NCBI GenBank assembly: GCA_003483065.1
Contig: DMWY01000005.1
Location: 1 to 58,079, forward strand
Source: Candidatus Moraniibacteriota bacterium
Lineage (GTDB): Bacteria; Patescibacteriota; Minisyncoccia; Moranbacterales; UBA2206
Length of the DNA stretch: 58,079 nt
Direction of reading: 5' to 3'
The notes beneath the pieces were generated by a model that saw nothing but the letters and a program-made list of their open reading frames with translations, made no database searches and was not told where the DNA came from. Positions 45,841 through 55,687 of this stretch are shown in pieces. The stretch's first letter is position 1, and the number at the start of each line of letters is the position of its first letter. Both the position numbers and the translations under genes were made by a program.

Positions 45841-48303
45841 ATGTTAAAAAGAAAAAAACAAATCAAAAAAAATAAAAAAGATGCTTTTGTGCTTTGGTTT
45901 TCGGAACTCGGGATAGGGGATATCGAATTTGGCGGAGGAAAGAATGCGTCACTGGGAGAAATGTATTCTAATTTGAAAGGCAAAGGGATAAAGGTGCCTA
46001 ATGGTTTTGCGATTACCTCCAAGGCGTATCGTTATTTTATTTCCGAAAATCAATTAGATGGAAAAATCAAAAAAATCTTGCGAGGATTGGACACTGGCAG
46101 TATGGTGAATCTGGCTAAACGGGGACATCAAATTCGTGAGTTGATTCTTTCGGCGCAATTTCCAGAAGATCTCAGAAATGAAATTGTGGAAAATTATGCC
46201 AAATTGTCCAAAGAATATGCAAGGCATAAAGATTTTCGTATTACTTGGGACAAAGATGATCATACTAATCATTTTGCGGGTGGAGTAGATGTGGCGGTGC
46301 GCTCAAGTGCCACAGCCGAAGATTTGGTGGATGCATCATTTGCTGGTCAACAAGAATCATATTTGAATATAGTCGGGGAATATAATCTTTTGGAGTCAGT
46401 CAAAAAATGTTTTGCTTCACTTTTCACTGATCGCGCGATTTCATACCGGGTGGACAAAAAATTTGATCATTTTGCAATTGCTCTTTCGGTTGGCGTGCAA
46501 AAAATGATCAGATCAGATGAGGCGGTGAGTGGCGTGATGTTTACCATTGACACAGAAAGCGGTTTTCAAGATGCAGTAGTCATTAATGGTTCGTGGGGAC
46601 TGGGAGAAAATATTGTTAAAGGTAAGGTGACGCCGGATGAATTTATTGTGCATAAACCAACACTAAAGGATGGTTTCAAATCAATTATTGGCAAGAAAAT
46701 GGGAAGCAAGGAAAATAAATTGATCTACAGTGTAGGGGGAAATTCTTCTACGCAAAATGTTTTGGTGCCAATGGAAGATCGCAAAAAATTTGCGCTCACG
46801 GATGAAGAAGTTTTGCAATTGGCAACTTGGGGCGTGAAAATTGAAGAGCATTACAAAAAACCAATGGACATAGAGTGGGCCAAAGACGGTCGAAACAATG
46901 AGCTCTATATCGTTCAGGCTCGACCAGAAACTGTGGAATCACAAAAAGACAAAAACTTTTTGGAAGAATATATTTTGCGGGAAAAAGGCAAATTGCTTTG
47001 CCAAGGTTCAGCAGTGGGTGGAAAAATCGGGCAAGGACAAGCGAATGTGATAAAGAATGTGGCAAAAATTGCGCAGTTCAAAAAAGGTCAAGTGCTTGTC
47101 ACTGAAATGACTGATCCGGATTGGGAGCCAATTATGAAAATTGCCAGCGCCATCGTCACTAATTCTGGTGGACGCACCTCTCACGCCGCTATTGTCAGTC
47201 GAGAACTAGGTATCCCATGTATTGTAGGAGTGGGCAATGCCACGCACGCCATAAAGGACGGACAAAATGTGACAGCTAGTTGTGCTGAGGGAGAAGAAGG
47301 TAAAATTTATGAAGGACTTTTGAAATATGAAATCAAAAGAACAAATCTGAAACATTTGCGAAAAACTAAAACCAGAATAATGATGAATGTGGGCAATCCC
47401 GACCAAGCCTTTGATCTTTCCTTTATTCCAAATGACGGTGTGGGATTGGCAAGAGAAGAATTTATCATCACAGAATATATCAAAATTCATCCAATGGCGC
47501 TTAAGCATTTTGAGAAGATAAAAGACAAGGATGAAAGAAGAAAAATTGAAGAAATTACTCAGGGTTATCCAAATAAGGAAGAATTTTTTGTGGATAAGTT
47601 GGCTGAAGGCATTGGTCGAATTGGCGCCGCTTTTTTCCCAAAAGATGTGATTGTTCGAATGTCCGATTTTAAGACTAATGAATATTCCACTTTGATTGGC
47701 GGGAAAAATTTTGAACCAGCCGAAGAAAATCCAATGATTGGTTGGCGCGGGGCTTCACGCTATTATGACGCTGACTATATTGACGGTTTTGCTTTGGAAT
47801 GCAGAGCTTTCAAAAAAGTGCGGGAGATGATGGGACTTACGAATGTCAAAATTATGATTCCATTTTGTCGCACAGTGTCCGAAGGAGAAAAAGTTTTGGC
47901 GCAAATGAAAAAGCATGGATTGGAGCGAGGCAAGAAAGGTTTGGAAGTTTATGTGATGTGTGAAATTCCATCCAATGTTATTTTGGCGCATGAATTTGCC
48001 AAAATTTTTGACGGCTTTTCAATCGGTTCTAATGACCTCACTCAACTTACGCTTGGAGTAGATCGAGACAGTGCCAAAGTGGCTCATGTATATGATGAGA
48101 GAAATGAAGCTGTCAAGGAACTGATTCGTCAAGTGATCAGAAAAGCCCATATTGCCAAAAGAAAAGTCGGAATTTGCGGACAAGCGCCCTCGGATTTTCT
48201 GGATTTTGCCAAATTCCTCGTGGAGGAAGGCATTGATTCAATTTCTCTTAACCCCGACACAGTGATTAAGACTACCATTGAGATTGGGAAGATGGAAAAA
48301 TAG
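45841..48303 (+). CDS. ppsA: Phosphoenolpyruvate synthase
   Basis: GGKNASLGEM, VRSSATAED, QARPETV, GGRTSHAAI, IGSNDLTQ, GICGQAPSD. Confidence 0.98.
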   Translation: MLKRKKQIKKNKKDAFVLWFSELGIGDIEFGGGKNASLGEMYSNLKGKGIKVPNGFAITSKAYRYFISENQLDGKIKKILRGLDTGSMVNLAKRGHQIRELILSAQFPEDLRNEIVENYAKLSKEYARHKDFRITWDKDDHTNHFAGGVDVAVRSSATAEDLVDASFAGQQESYLNIVGEYNLLESVKKCFASLFTDRAISYRVDKKFDHFAIALSVGVQKMIRSDEAVSGVMFTIDTESGFQDAVVINGSWGLGENIVKGKVTPDEFIVHKPTLKDGFKSIIGKKMGSKENKLIYSVGGNSSTQNVLVPMEDRKKFALTDEEVLQLATWGVKIEEHYKKPMDIEWAKDGRNNELYIVQARPETVESQKDKNFLEEYILREKGKLLCQGSAVGGKIGQGQANVIKNVAKIAQFKKGQVLVTEMTDPDWEPIMKIASAIVTNSGGRTSHAAIVSRELGIPCIVGVGNATHAIKDGQNVTASCAEGEEGKIYEGLLKYEIKRTNLKHLRKTKTRIMMNVGNPDQAFDLSFIPNDGVGLAREEFIITEYIKIHPMALKHFEKIKDKDERRKIEEITQGYPNKEEFFVDKLAEGIGRIGAAFFPKDVIVRMSDFKTNEYSTLIGGKNFEPAEENPMIGWRGASRYYDADYIDGFALECRAFKKVREMMGLTNVKIMIPFCRTVSEGEKVLAQMKKHGLERGKKGLEVYVMCEIPSNVILAHEFAKIFDGFSIGSNDLTQLTLGVDRDSAKVAHVYDERNEAVKELIRQVIRKAHIAKRKVGICGQAPSDFLDFAKFLVEEGIDSISLNPDTVIKTTIEIGKMEK

Positions 48304-48353
48304 GAATTAGTGATCAGTGAACAAGGAATAATAGTCAATAGAATATCAACTTT

Positions 48354-48382
48354 AAAAATCTGCAATTTTATTGCAGATTTTT
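48354..48382 (+). terminator. Rho-independent terminator
   Basis: AAAAATCTGCAA-TTTTA-TTGCAGATTTTT. Confidence 0.75.
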
Positions 48383-48447
48383 TATTTTCTTGATATTTAT
48401 AAGATAATCAGATATTCTTTATATTATGGATAAGGGGGTAGTTCATT

Positions 48448-48534
48448 GGAGGCGTCACATAGTGGTTTAGTGTACCACCTTGGAAAGGTGGCGTGTCTTA
48501 ACCGGCACCGTGAGTTCGAATCTCACCGCCTCCG
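48448..48534 (+). tRNA. tRNA-Ser (anticodon GGA), CCA not encoded
   Basis: Acceptor GGAGGCG/CGCCTCC, anticodon stem CCACC-TTGGAAA-GGTGG, long variable arm, T arm GTGAG-TTCGAAT-CTCAC, discriminator G. Confidence 0.96.
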
Positions 48535-48585
48535 CAAAGCTTGTAAACTACAAGAAAAGGATTCTTAATCTAGTAAAATAATAAT

Positions 48586-48777
48586 ATGGAAAAGAAATAT
48601 TCGAAAAAAATGCATATTGCCAAAATGAAGCGATTTATTGTGGCGTTGGAGAAAGATAAACCCTTTGTCATCCAGGTAAAGAATAAGAAAATTAGAATTC
48701 CGGCTGAAGCGGAAATTTCTATTGAATTTGAAAAAGATGGCAAGGGGAATGAGTTGGAGTTTCAGATAAAGTGGTGA
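48586..48777 (+). CDS. Amphi-Trp domain-containing protein
   Basis: FVIQV..KKIRIPAEAEISIEFE...ELEFQIKW with terminal Trp. Confidence 0.8.
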   Translation: MEKKYSKKMHIAKMKRFIVALEKDKPFVIQVKNKKIRIPAEAEISIEFEKDGKGNELEFQIKW

Positions 48778-48797
48778 GTTGTAGGATTAAAAAGGAT

Positions 48798-49574
48798 ATG
48801 ATTATGAAAAAAATAATAAGCTCAGACAACGAAAAGATTAAATTCTTAAAGAAGCTTGGAGATAAAAAAGCTCGAGATGTTTCGGGGCAGTTTTTGGTAG
48901 AAAATTTAATTATCATTCATGACGCAATGCGAGCTGGATTTGTGCCGGTACAGCTTTTTATTAGAGAAGATCTTCTAAATAAAGCTGATGAAAAAATAAA
49001 TTTCATAGTTGAAAAATTTCCTGAGCATTTTGTGATGAATGAAAAAGTGAATAAATATTTTTCTTCACTGTCCACCCCTTCGGGAATCGCAGGAATTTTT
49101 GAAAAACAAGAGAAAGAAATAAATCTTGAGGGCAAAATAATTTATCTAAACGCTATAGCTGACCCAGGGAATCTGGGTACGATTTTGCGCACCGCTACAG
49201 CTTTCGGACTAAAAAACATTATAGTGGATGAAAAATGTGCTGATATTTTCAATGCCAAAACAATTAGCGCGGCTAAAGATGCAATTTTCAAGCTTAACAT
49301 TGTCAAAGATGAAAACTTGAAAATATTTAGTGAAATAAAAAAAGTTATGCCGGTTTTTGTCACTAGCTTAGAAGGCGAAGTCATAAACAGTAAGATTTTT
49401 CAAGAAGAAAAGTTTTGTCTGGTTTTGGGAAATGAAGCGAATGGAGTAGAGGAAAAAATAATGAAATTGTCGGATAAAAAAATGAAGATTTCACAGTCTC
49501 GCGAAATTGAATCATTGAATGTGGCGGTGGCAGCGGGAATATTATTTGAAAAAATATATAATGAAAGTTTCTAA
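48798..49574 (+). CDS. TrmH/SpoU family RNA methyltransferase
   Basis: DPGNLGTILRTA, LGNEANGV, ESLNVAVAAGI; ATG at 48798 or 48804. Confidence 0.93.
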   Translation: MIMKKIISSDNEKIKFLKKLGDKKARDVSGQFLVENLIIIHDAMRAGFVPVQLFIREDLLNKADEKINFIVEKFPEHFVMNEKVNKYFSSLSTPSGIAGIFEKQEKEINLEGKIIYLNAIADPGNLGTILRTATAFGLKNIIVDEKCADIFNAKTISAAKDAIFKLNIVKDENLKIFSEIKKVMPVFVTSLEGEVINSKIFQEEKFCLVLGNEANGVEEKIMKLSDKKMKISQSREIESLNVAVAAGILFEKIYNESF

Positions 49575-49944
49575 ACAACAATTTGAAGCTTGGGTAGCGG
49601 AGGCGATTGAGAGTGTGCCGGAGAAATTTCGCGAGAAAATAAATAACCTAGCTTTTTTTGTGGAGGATTATCCAACACAGGAGCAACTGCGCAGGGCTAA
49701 ACTGAATGACAGAAAAGACACTTTACTCTTGGGGTTATACGAGGGTTATCATCAAGCGAAAAGAATCAATGTTGGGCCGGTTTTTCCGGACAAAATCACG
49801 ATTTTCAAAAATGCGATAGAAAGTTTGTGTCAAACAGAAAAAGATTTGCAAAAGCAAATCTCAGAAACTGTTTGGCATGAAATTGCTCATCACTTTGGTT
49901 CGGATGAGGCCGGAGCACAAAAAGCGAGTAAGAAAAGAATATAA
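49561..49944 (+). CDS. Zincin-like metallopeptidase (DUF1025-like)
   Basis: LLGLYEG, PDKITIF, HEIAHHFG. Confidence 0.88.
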   Translation: MKVSKQQFEAWVAEAIESVPEKFREKINNLAFFVEDYPTQEQLRRAKLNDRKDTLLLGLYEGYHQAKRINVGPVFPDKITIFKNAIESLCQTEKDLQKQISETVWHEIAHHFGSDEAGAQKASKKRI

Positions 49945-49948
49945 AAAC

Positions 49949-50434
49949 TTATTTATGTTTATCCTTAAGTTCGCGAACTTCTCCAAGAAGTTCTTTTAGA
50001 ATCGCTTCTATGTGATGAATTCTTTCTTGGCTATATTGATGTTTGAGAATTAATTTTTCATCGCCTTTGCCAATTTCTTCCTCAATATCTTCCACATCCT
50101 CACTAATTTCATCGATATCTTTGGAAATTTCTTCCACATCATCAGAAATATCTTCCATTTCTTCACTAACTTTGGTGAGTTTATGTGATTGACGATTTAC
50201 GGTCATCTGAATGAAAATTGCCAAATAAATTGCTTCCAGAGAAACAACTGTTGTGAGAAGTAACATTATTTGATCAAAATTATAACCAAACCATTGCAAG
50301 AAAAAAATTCCCACAAAAAAAATTGAGTGGATGATGAGGGAAGTGAGTGATCCAATCTGATGAGTGGCATTAATTGCTAGTTTTTCAAGATAGGAATGCT
50401 CCTTTTGAGATTTTTTTTCGTGGTTATTTTCCAT
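49949..50434 (-). CDS. DUF1003-like membrane protein with acidic coiled coil
   Basis: LLTTVVSLEAIYLAIFIQMTVNRQ followed by acidic heptads. Confidence 0.75.
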   Translation of the reverse strand: MENNHEKKSQKEHSYLEKLAINATHQIGSLTSLIIHSIFFVGIFFLQWFGYNFDQIMLLLTTVVSLEAIYLAIFIQMTVNRQSHKLTKVSEEMEDISDDVEEISKDIDEISEDVEDIEEEIGKGDEKLILKHQYSQERIHHIEAILKELLGEVRELKDKHK

Positions 50435-50462
50435 ACTACTTCAAGTATAATCTTTTTTCTCC

Positions 50463-51011
50463 TTAGCGTAAAATATTTATTTTCCCATCTTCAATTTTAA
50501 TCAATGTCGAGGGAGCAGATTCTAGTGGTCCTTCATTAATATAGAAATCAACGGAGTTATCAAAATATTTTTTGGCTTGAGTAATTGTTTTGGCGGGTGG
50601 CAATCCTTCGGGATTGGCGCTGGTAGAAACGAGTGGCCCGGTAATTTTAAGTAAACGTATTAAATTAGTTTTGACGGGTAAGCGAAAAGCTAGTGAACCG
50701 GTTCCTCGATGCAGATAGTGGAATTTTTTGTTGGGGCATGGTAAGATAACACTCACTTTTCCTGGCCATACTTTTTTCAATATTTTTTTGGTGTTATTAT
50801 CGATTTCTATTTTGAATAAGTCTAAATCGGTGATTTTGGAGATTAATATAATCATTGGTTTTTCAGGTGCCCTGCTTTTGATGTTGTAGATATTTTCAAT
50901 GCTATCTTTTGAAAAAGCATTAGTGGACAAGCCATAAATTGTGTCAGTTGGGATAACGGCAACTTCGCCCTTTTTCAGTTTATCTGCTAAGATTGATTTG
51001 CGTATAATCAT
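50463..51011 (-). CDS. tsaC: L-threonylcarbamoyladenylate synthase (Sua5/YrdC)
   Basis: PTDTIYGL, IKSRAPEKP, PLVSTSAN, PSTLI. Confidence 0.93.
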   Translation of the reverse strand: MIIRKSILADKLKKGEVAVIPTDTIYGLSTNAFSKDSIENIYNIKSRAPEKPMIILISKITDLDLFKIEIDNNTKKILKKVWPGKVSVILPCPNKKFHYLHRGTGSLAFRLPVKTNLIRLLKITGPLVSTSANPEGLPPAKTITQAKKYFDNSVDFYINEGPLESAPSTLIKIEDGKINILR

Positions 51012-51134
51012 AGGTTTTCTTACGAATAGATATATTTTTAAGTATAAACTGATTTATAAATTTTTCAAGGATTTTTAATTTTGTATTTATTTGAATTTGT
51101 GGTAAAATTAATGCGTTAAGAATGGATAAAAAAT

Positions 51135-51500
51135 ATGGCAAAAAAAAGAATATTAGTAATAGAAGATGAAAGACCAATTGCCAAGGCGATGGAGCTCAAG
51201 CTGAATTTTTCCGGTTTTGAGGCAAAGGTGGCATATAACGGCTTGGAAGCTTTGGAAATTTTGAAAAAAGAGAAATTTGATTTAATCATTGTTGATTTAA
51301 TTATGCCAAAATTGGATGGTTTTGGAACAATAAAAGGTATCAAGGATATGAGGATAAAAACGCCCATTATTGTTTCTTCTAACTTGAATCAAGATGAGGA
51401 CTTGAAAAAAGCCAAGGAATTAGGGGCGGTAGATTTTTTTGTCAAATCAAACATTCCTATCACTAAACTTGTAGAAAACATTAAAAAAATATTAGGATAG
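51135..51500 (+). CDS. Single-domain response regulator
   Basis: ILVIEDE, DLIMPKLDG, SSN, DFFVK. Confidence 0.93.
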   Translation: MAKKRILVIEDERPIAKAMELKLNFSGFEAKVAYNGLEALEILKKEKFDLIIVDLIMPKLDGFGTIKGIKDMRIKTPIIVSSNLNQDEDLKKAKELGAVDFFVKSNIPITKLVENIKKILG

Positions 51501-51525
51501 AAAACTTTCAAAATAAAACTAAAAG

Positions 51526-53154
51526 ATGAAAAATAAAATAAAAACGGGAGTTGAGCTAAAGGAGGAAGAAAAAAAAATAGAAATAAAGGAAATTCTCTTG
51601 GCAGAAAACTATGTTTCTCCTGAAGATATGGCTAAAGCTGAGAAATATGCCAAGGATAACCAGGTTTCCATCACGGACTATCTTTTCAATGAGGAAATTC
51701 TTACTAAGGATCTTTTTGGTCAGGCGATGGCTGAATTTTTCAAGGTGGAATATTCTGATCTGAATTCTTATCCACCAAACAAAGAACAGGTTCTTTTGAT
51801 TCCTGAGGAAACAGCCAGACAATTTAGAATTATTGTTTTCAAAAGAGACGAAAGGGCTGTTATGATCGCAACGGATAATCCAAGTCAAACTGGAATGCTG
51901 GAGACTCTAGTTCAAATTTTTCCCAAGCAAAAAATAATCCTTTCCTATTCTTTGGCAGAAGATATTGAAGAATCTTTCGTGCACTATCGAAAAACACTGG
52001 AAACTCGTTTTGGAAAAATAATTCAAGAAGAAGGAAAAGTTATTCCGCAAATTATCGATGAAATTATTCAAGATTCTTTGATTTTTAATGCCTCTGACAT
52101 TCATTTTGAACCACAAAGCGAAGAAGTTTTGATTCGTTTTCGCATCGACGGAGTTTTGCAAGAAGTTGGGCGAATTCCAAAAAATTATTATGAAAATATG
52201 ATTAACCGCATCAAAGTGCAGGCTAATCTTCGAACGGACGAACATTTTTCTTCTCAGGATGGAGCTATTCATTTCGAAAAAGGAGAAAGTGTGGCGGATA
52301 TTCGAGTCTCAATAGTTCCAATTTTAGATGGCGAAAAAGTGGTGATGCGCATTCTTTCCAAATATGTGCGCGGATTTAATCTTTCTAACTTGGGACTTTC
52401 AGCTGGCAACGAAAAAATACTAACAGATGCCGCTTCAAAACCTTTTGGAATGATTCTGGTAGTTGGCCCAACAGGAAGTGGAAAAACTACCACTCTCTAT
52501 AGTCTTATTCGCATACTTAATAAACCGCAAGTAAACATCGCAACTATTGAAGATCCGGCAGAATATAAAATTAAGGGGATAAATCAAATTCAAGTTAACA
52601 AGGAAACTAACCTCACCTTTTCGGACGGTTTACGTTCAATTGTTCGTCAAGATCCTGATATTATTCTAGTGGGTGAAATTCGTGACAACGAAACAGTGGA
52701 AATCGCTGTTAATGCGGCGCTCACAGGCCATCTTTTGCTTTCTACTTTTCACGCTAATGATGCGGCCACGGCTATTCCGCGCTTACTCGACATGAAAGTC
52801 GAACCATTTCTTTTAGCTTCCACTATGGAGCTTATTATCGCACAACGATTAGTGCGACGCATTTGTGAAAATTGTCGTTATAGCTACACAGAAAAGAAAC
52901 AAACTTTTTATAAGGGTAAAGGTTGCAATGTTTGCAATCATACTGGCTACAAGGGCCGCATTGCTATTTTTGAATTTATTCAAATTACAGCCGAAATGCA
53001 AGATCTTATTTTGAAAAATCCTTCTTCTAAGGAAATTTGGGGAATAGCTTCCAAGCAAGGATCAAAAACTCTTTTTGAAGATGGAATGGAAAAGGTGAAA
53101 AGTGGCATAACAACAATTGAAGAATTGCGAAGAGTGGCGTCGGAAAAGAAATAA
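51526..53154 (+). CDS. pilB: Type IV pilus assembly ATPase PilB/GspE
   Basis: GPTGSGKTT, TIEDPAEY, GEIRD, GHLLLSTFHAN, CENC..CNVC. Confidence 0.95.
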   Translation: MKNKIKTGVELKEEEKKIEIKEILLAENYVSPEDMAKAEKYAKDNQVSITDYLFNEEILTKDLFGQAMAEFFKVEYSDLNSYPPNKEQVLLIPEETARQFRIIVFKRDERAVMIATDNPSQTGMLETLVQIFPKQKIILSYSLAEDIEESFVHYRKTLETRFGKIIQEEGKVIPQIIDEIIQDSLIFNASDIHFEPQSEEVLIRFRIDGVLQEVGRIPKNYYENMINRIKVQANLRTDEHFSSQDGAIHFEKGESVADIRVSIVPILDGEKVVMRILSKYVRGFNLSNLGLSAGNEKILTDAASKPFGMILVVGPTGSGKTTTLYSLIRILNKPQVNIATIEDPAEYKIKGINQIQVNKETNLTFSDGLRSIVRQDPDIILVGEIRDNETVEIAVNAALTGHLLLSTFHANDAATAIPRLLDMKVEPFLLASTMELIIAQRLVRRICENCRYSYTEKKQTFYKGKGCNVCNHTGYKGRIAIFEFIQITAEMQDLILKNPSSKEIWGIASKQGSKTLFEDGMEKVKSGITTIEELRRVASEKK

Positions 53155-53185
53155 TTATAAATTTTTAAAAACTTTATTTGCCAAG

Positions 53186-54808
53186 ATGGTTTATATAAAA
53201 AAAGTAGAAAATTTTTCAGTTTCTTCTGGTGATAAAAAAAAGGTGGTTGATCTAAAAAATAAGAAGAGGCCAGTGTCTTTTTTAGTGCCAAAAAAAGTTC
53301 AAGTTGAAGAAAAGAATAAAACAAAGAAACCTTCATTTTTTATTTGGTTTAGAAGAAAAAAAACAGATAAAGAGATTATGCTAAAGGAGATAGCAAGGGT
53401 AGAAAAAAATAAACCGGAAGAAAAAAAAATTCCACTAAAGAAAAAAAAGAAAAAGCGGATTTTTTTGTTTTTGATTCCGCAAGATGAAAAAGAATATTTT
53501 ATCGAAAATCTTTCTATGCTTTTTTCTTCTGGGATGAATGTGCTTTTGGCCTTAGATTCTATTCGAAAAGAGGTAAAATCATCGCAGATGAAAGAGGTGA
53601 TTGATAGGATGCGAGAAGATATTGAGGCAGGAACGCCAATGTGGCAAATACTTTCGGAAACTAAATTTTTTCCAAGTTTTGTCATTTCACTCATCAAGAT
53701 TGGTGAAGGCTCAGGAAATTTGGGGAAAAATTTGAAAGTTATTTCTGCTCAGCAAAAAAAAGATCGTATTTTCACTTCTAAGATTCGTTCCGCTATGATG
53801 TATCCAAGTTTTGTTCTCGGACTTACTTTGATTGTAGGAATTGGTATCACTTGGTTTATCCTGCCACGCCTGACTTTGGTTTTTGATCAATTGAAAATTG
53901 ATCTGCCTCTCATCACTCGAGCACTCATCGCTTTTGGGAAATTTATTGCCGAGTACGGTTCGATTGCAATCCCAAGTTTTGTTTTGGGGATAGGTATCAT
54001 ATTTTTCTTTGTTTTTATGTTTTCTCGCACGAAGTTTATTGGACAATTTCTACTCTTTATTTTTCCTGGGATAAAAAAATTGATTCAGGAAACTGAACTG
54101 GCGAGAATGGGATATATTATGGGAACACTTCTTCAGGCCGGATTGCCAATTCGAAGCGCGATGGAATCATTGATTGAAGCTTCTACTTTCTATAAATATA
54201 AAAAGTTTTATACTCATCTAAAGGCGAGCATTGAAGATGGGGATACATTCCAACAAGGATTTGATAGTTTCAAAAAAAGCAGAAAACTTATCCCCGCTAC
54301 AGTTCAGCAAATGATTATGATAGGAGAGAATTCAGGGCAACTTCCGGAAACATTTTTTCTGATTGGAGAAAATTTTGAAGAAAAAATAGACAACACGACT
54401 AAAAATTTATCAGTAATTCTAGAGCCGATTCTGCTTGTGATTGTTTGGCTCGGGGTGGTGGCGGTAGCAATGGCTGTTATTTTGCCGATTTATAGTTTGA
54501 TTGGTGGACTAAATAATTCTACAAACAATCAGGCGCCAGTAGTTAATTCAGTGCCTCCAGAAGAAATAATTGAAGAGATTAAACTAGAAGAAAAAATCTC
54601 AGAGAAAAAATTGGAAATCGGGAAAACTGAAACAGGCTATCTTAATGTTAGGGATAGTGGAAGTGCCAAAGGAAAAATAATTGCCAAAGCAAAACCTGGC
54701 GAGCAATATATTTTTCAACAAGAAGTTGGTGGTTGGTATGAGATTGTTCTTCCTGATGGAATGATTGGTTGGGTGAAGGGGGAATATGTTAACTTGCTTG
54801 TCAACTAA
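53186..54808 (+). CDS. pilC: PilC/GspF platform protein with C-terminal SH3b domain
   Basis: IGEGSGNL, AMMYP, IGENSGQL, ILEP; tail ETGYLNVR..GWYEI..GWVKGEYV; ATG at 53186 preferred. Confidence 0.92.
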   Translation: MVYIKKVENFSVSSGDKKKVVDLKNKKRPVSFLVPKKVQVEEKNKTKKPSFFIWFRRKKTDKEIMLKEIARVEKNKPEEKKIPLKKKKKKRIFLFLIPQDEKEYFIENLSMLFSSGMNVLLALDSIRKEVKSSQMKEVIDRMREDIEAGTPMWQILSETKFFPSFVISLIKIGEGSGNLGKNLKVISAQQKKDRIFTSKIRSAMMYPSFVLGLTLIVGIGITWFILPRLTLVFDQLKIDLPLITRALIAFGKFIAEYGSIAIPSFVLGIGIIFFFVFMFSRTKFIGQFLLFIFPGIKKLIQETELARMGYIMGTLLQAGLPIRSAMESLIEASTFYKYKKFYTHLKASIEDGDTFQQGFDSFKKSRKLIPATVQQMIMIGENSGQLPETFFLIGENFEEKIDNTTKNLSVILEPILLVIVWLGVVAVAMAVILPIYSLIGGLNNSTNNQAPVVNSVPPEEIIEEIKLEEKISEKKLEIGKTETGYLNVRDSGSAKGKIIAKAKPGEQYIFQQEVGGWYEIVLPDGMIGWVKGEYVNLLVN

Positions 54809-54837
54809 AAATTTATTAATCATTAAATTTTTGTAAT

Positions 54838-55230
54838 ATGATTCTAACTTGGCAACCGATTTATTCGGTAAATGTGGTAGAAATTGACGAACAACACAAA
54901 AAGCTTTTTGGTATTCTGAATAATTTTTTTGGAGTGATTGATAAGGAAGATAAAAACATCGAAAATATTTTAGAAGAACTAAAAAAGTATGCTCAATATC
55001 ATTTTGATACAGAAGAGAAATATTTTAAAAAGTTTAATTATCCTGAAACAGAAAATCACATAAAAATGCATCAATTCTATGTGGAAAAAATAGCAGAATT
55101 TGAAAAACGAAAAAGTGATGAAAAAATATCTTTAGAACTTAGGGATTTTTTGAAAAATTGGTGGTTGGGGTATATTCAAAATGCTGATCAAAAATATTCT
55201 GATTTTTTCAATCAAAAAGGATTATATTAA
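54838..55230 (+). CDS. Bacteriohemerythrin-like protein
   Basis: W...YSV..IDEQH, HFDTEE, HIKMH; last ligand motif reads YIQNAD. Confidence 0.9.
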   Translation: MILTWQPIYSVNVVEIDEQHKKLFGILNNFFGVIDKEDKNIENILEELKKYAQYHFDTEEKYFKKFNYPETENHIKMHQFYVEKIAEFEKRKSDEKISLELRDFLKNWWLGYIQNADQKYSDFFNQKGLY

Positions 55231-55240
55231 TTGAAAATTT

Positions 55241-55687
55241 ATGAAAGGGTTTACTCTTGTAGAAATTATGCTGGTAGTTTCTCTGATGGTGATAGTTGGC
55301 ACTATATCTGTGCCGGTTTATCAAACAGTTCAATTGCAAAATGATTTAGATTTGGCAATTAGTTCGATCACACAAACTTTGCATCGAGCACAAATTCTTT
55401 CGCAAGGATCGGATGGAGATTCAACTTGGGGTGCTCGAGTATCTAGTGGAAGTGTGATACTTTTTAAAGGCACAACCTATGCCTCTCGCGATCCTTTATA
55501 TGACGAAGTTTTTGAAATTTCACCCAATCTCGTGATTTCTTCCTCTGGTTTTGTCTCGCCGACCTCACCAGAATTGATTTTTTCCAAAATGCTAGGTGAA
55601 CCAACACCATACGGAACTATTACTCTCACAACGGTTAGCAATCAAGCAAAAAATATTGTGATAAACCCTAAGGGAATGACGGAATGA
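55241..55687 (+). CDS. Prepilin-type N-terminal cleavage/methylation protein (FimT/GspH-like)
   Basis: MKG|FTLVEIML class III signal. Confidence 0.9.
   Translation: MKGFTLVEIMLVVSLMVIVGTISVPVYQTVQLQNDLDLAISSITQTLHRAQILSQGSDGDSTWGARVSSGSVILFKGTTYASRDPLYDEVFEISPNLVISSSGFVSPTSPELIFSKMLGEPTPYGTITLTTVSNQAKNIVINPKGMTE

Noticed and set aside
48448..48800. tRNA-anchored genomic island
   Set aside because: No integrase and no duplicated tRNA 3' end seen; downstream genes are ordinary.
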